This document shows positions 45,405-53,444 of a stretch of 64,000 bases of DNA, in pieces; position 1 is the stretch's first letter; the number at the start of each line of letters is the position of its first letter. The DNA lies in NCBI GenBank assembly GCA_947632455.1, contig CANRPK010000004.1, positions 3,542-67,541 of the forward strand, in the 5' to 3' direction. Below the pieces are notes generated by a model. It saw nothing but the letters and a program-made list of their open reading frames with translations, was not told where the DNA came from and did no database searches. The translations under genes and the position numbers were made by a program. This DNA comes from an uncultured Bacilli bacterium (GTDB lineage Bacteria; Bacillota_I; Bacilli_A; RF39; UBA660).

Positions 45405-46895
45405 ATGAAATTAGAAAAATTGGAGGATAATACCTCCAAAGTAAAGGGAGTAATAATAGGGATATTACTAACTATAGGATTAGTAATATTAATAAACTAT
45501 ATAACGAGTTTAGCAAGATATCGAAATACAGAGAGTATAGAGCTAGCAAGTGGAAATATAAGTTATAATAAAGCAGATCTAAATATAATAGCAATGTATC
45601 AAGAAAGTAGTTATGGTACAAATGGCTATAAACAAATAGATGATGTACCAACTGAAAAATATACCTTAAGTAATAAAAGCTATTGTGAAGTAGGAGGACA
45701 AAAAGTAGAAGAAGCCCAAATAACATATGAAGAAGGGTATATAAGTGTAAGTAAAATAAATAAAAGAGGAACAAAATGCTATATATATTTTGATATGGAT
45801 TATACATCAGAAGATATGTTAGCAAAACTAGAAGCAACAAAACAAAGCAAATATACCATAGACACAATGCCAAGCCCAATCACAGGACCATATGATGAGA
45901 ATACAGAAAATCCAGAACATAAAGAGAAATTATATACAGCCGAAGATAATTATGGAACAAGCTATGTATTTAGAGGAAATAATAATGATGTAAATAACTG
46001 GGTAACATTTGCTAATCATACATGGAGAATAATCAGAATAAATGGCGATGGAACATTAAGAATGATCTATCAATGCGCAACACCTGGATGTACAGACACC
46101 GAAAGAGATAGTACCCAAATATCATGGGGAATTCCTTATAAATCAGCCCCAACTGATGATAATACCTATGCGGGCTATTATTATGGGGAACCAAACCAAG
46201 AAGAAGGGGAAGAAGGATTTAAAGAAACCCATTCAAATAAGTACCCAAATGATATTGTGAAAGTAATAAAAAATTGGTACACAACTGATCGTGGTAAAAT
46301 GACAGAATACACAAAATATTTAAGCGGAGATACAGGATTTTGTAATGATCGAGTTGTTGTAAATGTTCCAGGTTATGGTAAAGGCACAGGCAAATCTATA
46401 ACAATATTTGGATCATCAATTCGGCATAATAACATTAACAAATATAGAACTGAACAGTACCCAACTTTAAAATGCGGTGCAAATATTACCAGCCCTGAAA
46501 TAAAAAATTTGACAAATTTTGAAATTGATGAAAATGCTTTAAAAAGAGATTTATATACATTAGAAGGATCTAGTCAAGGCAATGGGGTATTAGATATTCC
46601 GGCAGCAACAATCACAAATGATGAAGCAGTTATGGCCGGAGGCTTTATGGGAACAGCATCAACAAATTATTGGCTATATACTAATGGAGGCTATTGGACA
46701 ATGTCTCCGGCTGGTTATAATATCAATAATTGGTCAAGTATATTCCGCGTTAATGGTGATGGAGCAATAACAAGTGGAAATGCACAAGATACATGGTTAG
46801 GAATTCGCCCAGTAATAAACTTGAATGCTGATGCTCAATTTACACAAGGAGATGGAACTCCAACTAATCCTTTTATAGTAAATACAGACATATAA
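45405..46895 (+). CDS. Paralog D of the ~500-aa family (most divergent C-terminal half)
   Basis: 496 aa. N-terminus identical in type to B and C. Family blocks are retained (GFCNDR, YPTLKCG, YWLYTNGGYWTMSP, IRPVINL). Confidence 0.9.
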   Translation: MKLEKLEDNTSKVKGVIIGILLTIGLVILINYITSLARYRNTESIELASGNISYNKADLNIIAMYQESSYGTNGYKQIDDVPTEKYTLSNKSYCEVGGQKVEEAQITYEEGYISVSKINKRGTKCYIYFDMDYTSEDMLAKLEATKQSKYTIDTMPSPITGPYDENTENPEHKEKLYTAEDNYGTSYVFRGNNNDVNNWVTFANHTWRIIRINGDGTLRMIYQCATPGCTDTERDSTQISWGIPYKSAPTDDNTYAGYYYGEPNQEEGEEGFKETHSNKYPNDIVKVIKNWYTTDRGKMTEYTKYLSGDTGFCNDRVVVNVPGYGKGTGKSITIFGSSIRHNNINKYRTEQYPTLKCGANITSPEIKNLTNFEIDENALKRDLYTLEGSSQGNGVLDIPAATITNDEAVMAGGFMGTASTNYWLYTNGGYWTMSPAGYNINNWSSIFRVNGDGAITSGNAQDTWLGIRPVINLNADAQFTQGDGTPTNPFIVNTDI

Positions 46896-46899
46896 AAAA

Positions 46900-46939
46900 C
46901 TTGCCTATACGTCTTCTTCTTATTCTAAGTATAGGCAAG
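46900..46939 (+). repeat. Family 3' stem-loop, copy D (stem CTTGCCTATAC / GTATAGGCAAG)
   Basis: 11-bp perfect inverted repeat with loop GTCTTCTTCTTATTCTAA. Confidence 0.8.
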
Positions 46940-46951
46940 ATATATTTATCA

Positions 46952-46974
46952 AATAGGGTTTACCCCTATTTTTT
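46952..46974. terminator. Terminator between paralog D and the convergent regulator E
   Basis: AATAGGG-tttac-CCCTATT followed by a T-run. Confidence 0.65.
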
Positions 46975-47197
46975 ATTTTATTATACTTTTTGGATAGGGC
47001 TTTCTCTCATCAGTTTGATAAAGTAAATAATCAATACTAGTGTTATAATATAATGCTAGTTTTTTTAATATATCCGTAGGTATATCATTTGTTTCAACCT
47101 CATATTTTGAATAACCTGTTTGGGACATATTCAAATATTTTGCAACATCTTTTTGGTATAAGTCTCTATCTTCTCTAAGTTCTTTTAATCTATTCAT
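46973..47197 (-). CDS. Single-HTH XRE-family regulator, cassette E
   Basis: 74 aa: MNRLKELREDRDLYQKDVAKYLNMSQTGYSKYEVETNDIPTDILKKLALYYNTSIDYLL. Confidence 0.85.
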   Translation of the reverse strand: MNRLKELREDRDLYQKDVAKYLNMSQTGYSKYEVETNDIPTDILKKLALYYNTSIDYLLYQTDERKPYPKSIIK

Positions 47198-47240
47198 TCT
47201 ATATCCTCATAAGCACTTTATCATAATCTAAAATAGATTA

Positions 47241-47294
47241 TTGACTTTTAACCCAAAATGGCTTATTATATTAATATAACCCAAAACAGGTTAT
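47241..47294 (+). promoter_or_regulatory. Cassette E control region: a different promoter and two 19-nt AACCCAAAA repeats
   Basis: TTGACT (47241-46), 17 nt, TATTAT (47264-69). TTAACCCAAAATGGCTTAT (47248-66) and ATAACCCAAAACAGGTTAT (47276-94); the latter is an ATAACC-N7-GGTTAT inverted repeat. There is no ATTAGGAATTTCTAAT palindrome here. Confidence 0.6.
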
Positions 47295-47359
47295 AAAGAT
47301 ATATGAACTTTTTGTAATAAACGGATAATTATTACATTATAAAGGAGGAAAGGAAAGAT

Positions 47360-48874
47360 ATGAAATTAAAAGGGTTAAGTAAAGAAAAAGATAAAAAATT
47401 ATTTATATGTGGTTTTATAGTATGTGCAATATTATTTATAGTAATAAACTATATAACCAGTTTAGCAAGATATAGGAATACAGAGAGTATAGAACTAGCA
47501 AGTGGAAATATAAACTACAATAAAGCAGATCTAAACATAATAGCAATGTATCAAGAAAAAGATAATAGCACTAAAGAAGAAAAAGAATATGTAAGTATAA
47601 GTAAGATACCTACAACAGGATATAAATTAAGTGAAGATAGTTATTGTGAAGTAGGTAAACAAAGAGTAGAAGAAGCAGAAATAATATATGATGGACAATA
47701 TATAGGAGTAAACAAACTAAGTGAAAAAGGAACAAAATGTTATATATATTTTGATAGTTTAGTAAAAGAGATGTTAGGTAAATTGGAAACTTCAAAGGGA
47801 AGTAAATATAGCATAGATGCAATGCCAAATCCCATAACTGGAATGTATGATGAAACTACAGAAAATCCAGAAGGAAAAGAAAAATTATATACAACCGAAG
47901 ATAACTATGGAACAAGTTATGTATTTAGGGGAAACAACGATGATGTAAATAACTGGGTAACATTTGCAAATCATACATGGAGGATAATCAGAATAAATGG
48001 AGATGGCACATTAAGAATGATATACCAATGTGCAGAACCAAATTGTACAACAACCGAAGGAGCTGAAACTCAAATAGGAAGAAGCGCATATAATAGTGAA
48101 AACAATGATAACACTTATGTCGGCTATTATTATGGAACAGCACATACAGATGAAAAACCAAATCCAAGTTATGACGAAACTCATTCAAATTCAACTCCTA
48201 GTACAGTAGCAAAAACAATAGAAACGTGGTATACCGACACAGGGAAAATGAATGATTATACCGATTACTTAGATGGAAATACAGGATGGTGTAATGATCG
48301 AACAGTGGTAAAAAATGTTTGGCCTGATTATAACGGAAATGGTACTGGTCAAACCGCAACAAGTTATGCACCTTCATCAAGATTAATTCCAACTAACCAA
48401 GGCTGGAGAACAAAACAATATCCAACATTAAAGTGTGGTGCAAAAATGCCCGAAACAAGTCCATCAAATGATACTGGATTTAGTAGTTTTGATGAAATAG
48501 ATCCTATAGCTTTAAAAAGAGATTTATATACAATAGAAGGATCAAATAGAGGAAATGCAAAGCTTTCAGTTCCAGCTGCATTAATTACTAGTGATGAATA
48601 TGTTATGGCCGGAGGTTTTGCAGGTGCTGTATCAACTAACTACTGGCTATATACTAACCAAACTTATTGGACAATCTCTCCAATTTACTACCTTGCCAAT
48701 AATGATACAGTTCAAGTATTCTTTGTGCGTGCTGATGGTGCCCTCTTCGGTGGTTGGAGTGTGAATTGGACTACTCCTGGTGCACGCCCAGTAATCAACC
48801 TAAAATCTAATATTGAATTTAGTGGAGGTACTGGTAAATCTGATAATCCTTTTATAGTTAATACAGGTAATTAA
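47360..48874 (+). CDS. Paralog E of the ~500-aa family
   Basis: 504 aa with the alternative N-terminus MKLKGLSKEKDKKLFICGFIVCAILFIV shared with F. Family blocks are present. Confidence 0.9.
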   Translation: MKLKGLSKEKDKKLFICGFIVCAILFIVINYITSLARYRNTESIELASGNINYNKADLNIIAMYQEKDNSTKEEKEYVSISKIPTTGYKLSEDSYCEVGKQRVEEAEIIYDGQYIGVNKLSEKGTKCYIYFDSLVKEMLGKLETSKGSKYSIDAMPNPITGMYDETTENPEGKEKLYTTEDNYGTSYVFRGNNDDVNNWVTFANHTWRIIRINGDGTLRMIYQCAEPNCTTTEGAETQIGRSAYNSENNDNTYVGYYYGTAHTDEKPNPSYDETHSNSTPSTVAKTIETWYTDTGKMNDYTDYLDGNTGWCNDRTVVKNVWPDYNGNGTGQTATSYAPSSRLIPTNQGWRTKQYPTLKCGAKMPETSPSNDTGFSSFDEIDPIALKRDLYTIEGSNRGNAKLSVPAALITSDEYVMAGGFAGAVSTNYWLYTNQTYWTISPIYYLANNDTVQVFFVRADGALFGGWSVNWTTPGARPVINLKSNIEFSGGTGKSDNPFIVNTGN

Positions 48875-48876
48875 TA

Positions 48877-48914
48877 CTTGCTTATATTGCTTTCTTATTC
48901 CAAATATAAGCAAG
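48877..48914 (+). repeat. Family 3' stem-loop, copy E (same variant as copy A)
   Basis: CTTGCTTATATT / AATATAAGCAAG with loop GCTTTCTTATTCCA. Confidence 0.8.
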
Positions 48915-48923
48915 ATATATTTA

Positions 48924-48946
48924 TAGGGTTTAAAACCCTATTTTTT
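48924..48946 (+). terminator. Terminator of paralog E
   Basis: ATAGGGTTT-aa-AACCCTAT followed by a T-run. Confidence 0.75.
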
Positions 48947-49022
48947 ATCTATAAAATAAAACAGATAGATTGACTAAGAAAAGAATATTTATTATAATTT
49001 ATAATAAGGAGGAGTTGAAAAG

Positions 49023-50249
49023 ATGAAAAAGAAAGAGGAAAGAAGTTCATCAAAGAGAAATGTTGCAATCGAGCTATGGCGGTTTTTAATAGCTATTGCT
49101 ATAATTGGTTTCCATGTAGGTTGGATAATCGCTCGTAGTTGCGATGGCACAAATGGCTATTGGATGCAATCAACAAATTGGTTCTTTGGTTCTAGTGAAG
49201 TGTTATTAATATTTACTTTAACTGCTGGTTATTTCTTAACATCACACTTCCAAAAGAAAAATGCTGACAAAGATTATCAAAAAAGAAGTGCATCATCAAA
49301 AGCATGGGAGTATACTTGGACCAGAATTAGAGGCTTACTACCTGTCTTAATTTTAGGTTATATTCTAGGTGTAGTAATAAGCACAAAATTCTATTATCCA
49401 AATTATACCTTCCAACAATCATGCGCTATGGTATTAAATAGTGCTTGGGAGTTCTTAGGTTTCCATGCTGCCGGATTAAGAAGTGTAGGCAATGAATTCT
49501 TTAATTTAAATGGACCATTATGGTTTATCTCAGCTATTATCATTGTCGGCTATTTCTTATATTATGGCTTAAGCAAAAACGAAGATACTATGCGTGGTTT
49601 AATTGCTCCATTCATTTTTATATTCTTAAGTGGATGGTGGGCATTTACAAATACGCGTGCTGCTCAAACAGCTTGGTCTACATTAGGCCTACAAACAGCC
49701 TCTACTAATGGTATGGGTGGAGCTGCTACTGGTAGTACAGCCTTTATTGGTTTCAATAATGGTTTATTATTCGTAATGCTTGGTATGCTTGGAGGAATGT
49801 TACTATATTACTTAATTAATTACTTAAAACAAAGAGAATATAGTAAAAAAGCTCGTCTAGCTTTAACTATTTTAAATCTCTTCTGCGCAGTATTATTATT
49901 ATGGTATACAATTTACCCAGCAACATGGTTTAATTTAGATCGTTGGACAGTTTCATTATTATGTATCTTAGTAATAGGTTTAACTTTATTAAACAAAGAT
50001 TACTTAACAGAGTTCTTAAATAATGATTACACTAGTAAAATATTCAACTATCTAGGAAGTATATCATTATATATTTACATGTTACATTATCCAATAGGTA
50101 TTTTCATGCTAAGAGTTCTCGGACCAAATACTTCTGATACGATTTATTCATTCTGGCTCATTTTTATTCCAACCGTAATTATTACTGTCATTCTAAGTAT
50201 ATTAATAAAAATGATCTTAGATGCTACAATCTTTAGAAAGAAAGCATAA
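49023..50249 (+). CDS. Acyltransferase-3 family membrane O-acyltransferase
   Basis: About 10 TM helices. N-terminal NVAIELWRFLIAIAIIGFHV is typical of acyltransferase_3. G+C is visibly higher, with TTC/ATC/GGC codons. Confidence 0.7.
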   Translation: MKKKEERSSSKRNVAIELWRFLIAIAIIGFHVGWIIARSCDGTNGYWMQSTNWFFGSSEVLLIFTLTAGYFLTSHFQKKNADKDYQKRSASSKAWEYTWTRIRGLLPVLILGYILGVVISTKFYYPNYTFQQSCAMVLNSAWEFLGFHAAGLRSVGNEFFNLNGPLWFISAIIIVGYFLYYGLSKNEDTMRGLIAPFIFIFLSGWWAFTNTRAAQTAWSTLGLQTASTNGMGGAATGSTAFIGFNNGLLFVMLGMLGGMLLYYLINYLKQREYSKKARLALTILNLFCAVLLLWYTIYPATWFNLDRWTVSLLCILVIGLTLLNKDYLTEFLNNDYTSKIFNYLGSISLYIYMLHYPIGIFMLRVLGPNTSDTIYSFWLIFIPTVIITVILSILIKMILDATIFRKKA

Positions 50250-50275
50250 AAAGATAGTGCAAACTATCTTTTTTC
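50250..50275 (+). terminator. Terminator after the acyltransferase gene
   Basis: AAGATAGT-gcaa-ACTATCTT followed by TTTT. Confidence 0.75.
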
Positions 50276-50352
50276 TTGATATAATATATTTAATAAAAAT
50301 AGGCTAACTAATATAAAAATATATTAGAAAAATAAAAGAGAAGAGGATGACT

Positions 50353-51915
50353 ATGAAAATAATTGATGCGAAAAAAGTTGCTAGTTTAATCAAAGATAAA
50401 GATACAGTTGCTATTTCTGGAAGTGGTGGTTCAGGATCCCCTGAAGCTTTAGTTGCGTCTTTGATGAATTCTTATAAAAGAAGGAAAACTCCCAAAGACA
50501 TAACAGTCGTTACCGGAATATCTCCAGGCAATTTAACTAATGATTTAGTTGGTATGAATATGTTAAGTGCTAAAGGTTTAGTTGGAAAAGCAATATGTGC
50601 TCATTTAGGTATGGGTAAATTATTTGGTAAAGCTATTGGTGAAAATGTTTTCCCGGCTTTTGCAGTTCCCCTAGGTGTATTAAATCATTTACTGCGGGCT
50701 ACTGCTGGTGGTGAACCTGGTATAGTTACCCATATAGGTCTTGATACATGTGCCGATCCTAGAATAGATGGTTGTTGTGCTAATGAACTAGCTAAAAAAG
50801 AAAAACCTATAGTTGATGTTGTTAAAATTAATGGTAAAGAATATTTGTTTTATCATACATTTCCTGTTAATGTTGCGCTAATAAAAGCTACATATGCCGA
50901 TGAAAAAGGTAATATTAGTTTTGAACATGAAGCTGTAATTGGGGAACAATATAATATGGCTATAGCTGCTCATAATTCTAATGGTATAGTTATTGTTCAA
51001 GTTGAAGATATTAAAAAATTTGGTACTTTAAAAGCTAAAGATGTTTTAATTCATAATAAATTAGTTGATTATGTCGTAGTATCAAAACCTGATGAAAGTC
51101 TAGGCGATTATAATCTACCTGTCTATCGCCCTGAATTAACTGGAGAAAAAAGAATATCTCTAGCTAAAATACCTAAAGAAAAATTAACTGAACGTAAGAT
51201 ATGTGGTCGTAGAGCGGCTCTAGAATTAAAGAAAGGTTATGTAATTAATTTAGGCGTAGGCATGCCAGATATTGTTGGTAAAATTGCCGCGGAAGAGGGC
51301 TTTTTATCAGATCTTACTTTATCTTTAGAATGTGGCCCTTTAGGTGGAATGCCTATTGGAGGAGTAGCCTTTGGCGCTTCTGTTAATCCGGAATCCATAA
51401 TATCTACCGCTGAAACTTTTGATTTATATAATGGTGGTTTCCTTGATATGGCCGTCTTAGGCTTAGCTGAAGTTGATAAATATGGAAATGTTAACGTTTC
51501 TTCATTTGGTAATCGTACGACTGGTCCCGGAGGCTTTATTAATATTACGCAAAGTACTAAAAAAATTGTTTTCATGGGCACGTTTACTAATGGTGATTTA
51601 GAAATAAATGTTAAAGATAATAAATTAAATATCGTAAAAGATGGTTCTAAAAATAAATTTGTAAAAAAAGTTCAACAAATAACTTTTAGTGGTAAAAACG
51701 CTATTAAAAATAATTTAGAAGTATTATATGTTACCGAAAGAGCAGTGTTTAAACTAAAAAAAGAAGGCTTAGTTCTAATTGAAATTGCTCCAGGAATAGA
51801 CTTAAAAAAAGATATCTTAGATCATATGTCTTTTAAACCCATTATATCCAAAGATTTAAAAGAAATGCCTTCAGCTATCTTTAATAAAGGTAAAATGAAT
51901 GTGAGCATAAAATGA
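50353..51915 (+). CDS. Acyl-CoA:acetate/propionate CoA-transferase (YdiF/Pct-like, family I)
   Basis: DKDTVAISGSGGSGSPEAL, ~520-aa fused alpha/beta CoA-transferase pattern, GVGMPD. GAAGAGGA SD before the ATG at 50353. Confidence 0.75.
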   Translation: MKIIDAKKVASLIKDKDTVAISGSGGSGSPEALVASLMNSYKRRKTPKDITVVTGISPGNLTNDLVGMNMLSAKGLVGKAICAHLGMGKLFGKAIGENVFPAFAVPLGVLNHLLRATAGGEPGIVTHIGLDTCADPRIDGCCANELAKKEKPIVDVVKINGKEYLFYHTFPVNVALIKATYADEKGNISFEHEAVIGEQYNMAIAAHNSNGIVIVQVEDIKKFGTLKAKDVLIHNKLVDYVVVSKPDESLGDYNLPVYRPELTGEKRISLAKIPKEKLTERKICGRRAALELKKGYVINLGVGMPDIVGKIAAEEGFLSDLTLSLECGPLGGMPIGGVAFGASVNPESIISTAETFDLYNGGFLDMAVLGLAEVDKYGNVNVSSFGNRTTGPGGFINITQSTKKIVFMGTFTNGDLEINVKDNKLNIVKDGSKNKFVKKVQQITFSGKNAIKNNLEVLYVTERAVFKLKKEGLVLIEIAPGIDLKKDILDHMSFKPIISKDLKEMPSAIFNKGKMNVSIK

Positions 51916-52325
51916 AAAAGACTTTAATAATTAAAATTTTATTATTAACTTTAATTCTAATAATTCCTATTGTATATTTTACTTATGTAAATTATATAAT
52001 TATTTCTAGCTATACTGCTTCTAATATCGCGGGTATTGCCTCTATTGAAGATAATGCCCATAAAGCTTTTAATCTAATGGGTATTTATAATATAGAATAT
52101 TTATTATACTGTCTATTAATAATTCTAAATTATTTTCTATATCAAAAAAAGTGTTTAAAAAGTTTACTTATTATAAACATTATAATCTTATGTTTAGTTA
52201 CCATAACTATTTTAGTAAAAAGTATTACTTTTACTATACCATATGATCTATTAATATATTTAATCGCAAGTATCTTTGGTTTAGGCTTAGGTTTAACCTT
52301 AAAGTATAAAAAAACTAATTCTTAA
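51912..52325 (+). CDS. Small polytopic membrane protein, unknown function
   Basis: 137 aa with four predicted TM segments; overlaps the upstream stop codon. Confidence 0.5.
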   Translation: MKKTLIIKILLLTLILIIPIVYFTYVNYIIISSYTASNIAGIASIEDNAHKAFNLMGIYNIEYLLYCLLIILNYFLYQKKCLKSLLIINIIILCLVTITILVKSITFTIPYDLLIYLIASIFGLGLGLTLKYKKTNS

Positions 52326-52445
52326 TTATTTTGAATTAGTTTTCTTTTTATCTAAATTTTTATTTACAAATCTAACTTTTACCCCTTTAACATGCCCAAA
52401 TTGTTTTTTAACCCCATCAGGTAAGTTTTTCTTTATAGTTTTCAT
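52326..52445 (-). CDS. Unlisted 39-aa highly basic small protein
   Basis: MKTIKKNLPDGVKKQFGHVKGVKVRFVNKNLDKKKTNSK. A strong GGAGGTGG SD lies 5 nt upstream, and TGTTATAAT (extended -10) lies further upstream on the minus strand. Below the ORF-track size cut-off. Confidence 0.45.
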   Translation of the reverse strand: MKTIKKNLPDGVKKQFGHVKGVKVRFVNKNLDKKKTNSK

Positions 52446-52527
52446 GAGTCCACCTCCACTTGCATAAATATTATAACACTATTTAAAAATATATGCTATA
52501 ATAAATTAATTGAAAGGAAGAAAAAAT

Positions 52528-53022
52528 ATGTTAGAAGCCAAAACTACCTTAGAAAATATCCTTATAACCAATAATTATCAAGCAAATATTCAAGCTTTAT
52601 TAGAAATTATTCCTGAATTAAAACTAATTACCTCTAAACCTCTTTTATGGCAAAATACTATTAGAGCTTTAAAAATATCTCCAAGTATGCCATTAGAAAT
52701 AAAAATAGCTATTATTTTTCGTAATTTAGGCTTTAAAGATAATATCTACTATCCTGGCCTAGCCAGCTTTCTTGCTAAAAATACCTTACAAAGATTAGGC
52801 TATGAAGATGAATTTATTTATGAAGTAATATATTTATTACAAAACTCCCATACTTTAATTGAGGCAAATACAATAGATCCCACTATCGGCTTAAATTTGT
52901 TAAATATGCAATATGCTTTAGTTTTATCTGGAGAACCCCATAAAATAATTGATAGTGTTTTAAAATTAAATGCTATTAGAGAACAATTATTAATGCAAGT
53001 TCCCTCAAATTTGACAAAATAA
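52528..53022 (+). CDS. Hypothetical helical protein
   Basis: AAAGGAAG SD before the ATG at 52528 and TGCTATAAT at 52494-52502. Weak resemblance to the C-terminal helical region of CCA-adding enzymes, without HD residues. Confidence 0.5.
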   Translation: MLEAKTTLENILITNNYQANIQALLEIIPELKLITSKPLLWQNTIRALKISPSMPLEIKIAIIFRNLGFKDNIYYPGLASFLAKNTLQRLGYEDEFIYEVIYLLQNSHTLIEANTIDPTIGLNLLNMQYALVLSGEPHKIIDSVLKLNAIREQLLMQVPSNLTK

Positions 53023-53064
53023 CTAAAAGATGTTAAAATAAATCTAAACAAAAGGGGGATTTAT

Positions 53065-53433
53065 ATGACAATAAAATATTCTAAAGAAGAGTTATTAAAA
53101 TTAATCGAATTATATTATAAACAATATCTTCAAAATCCAAATGCAATTATTTCTGTTAATTTTGTAAAAGCCGTTAGTAAAAATGGTCATAACAGATATA
53201 TACCTGCTATAGAAATAAAAGAAAACATTCAGATTAAAGATATTACTAAAGAAGCTACAGAAATCTTAACTAGAGAACAAGTAATTGAAATATTAAATGT
53301 TATCCATAAAGAATATGGTTATGAAGTTCAAAATGTTGCATTAATTGGTAATAACTTTAAACTTACAGGAAATGATTTAAAAGAAGCTGTAATTGAAGTA
53401 ACTCGTCAAAAAAAAGAAAGTCTTAGCAAATAG
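53065..53433 (+). CDS. Hypothetical protein
   Basis: 122-aa ORF with a GGGGGA SD; no recognisable motifs. Confidence 0.5.
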   Translation: MTIKYSKEELLKLIELYYKQYLQNPNAIISVNFVKAVSKNGHNRYIPAIEIKENIQIKDITKEATEILTREQVIEILNVIHKEYGYEVQNVALIGNNFKLTGNDLKEAVIEVTRQKKESLSK

Positions 53434-53444
53434 TACTAAGACTT

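Noticed and set aside
52528-53022. Similarity of the 164-aa protein to the C-terminal HD-like region of CCA-adding enzymes with lost HD residues (another possible pseudoenzyme).
   Set aside because: The resemblance is weak (IPEL..., IAIIFRNLG) and recalled from memory only. It is not enough to support a call without a profile search.
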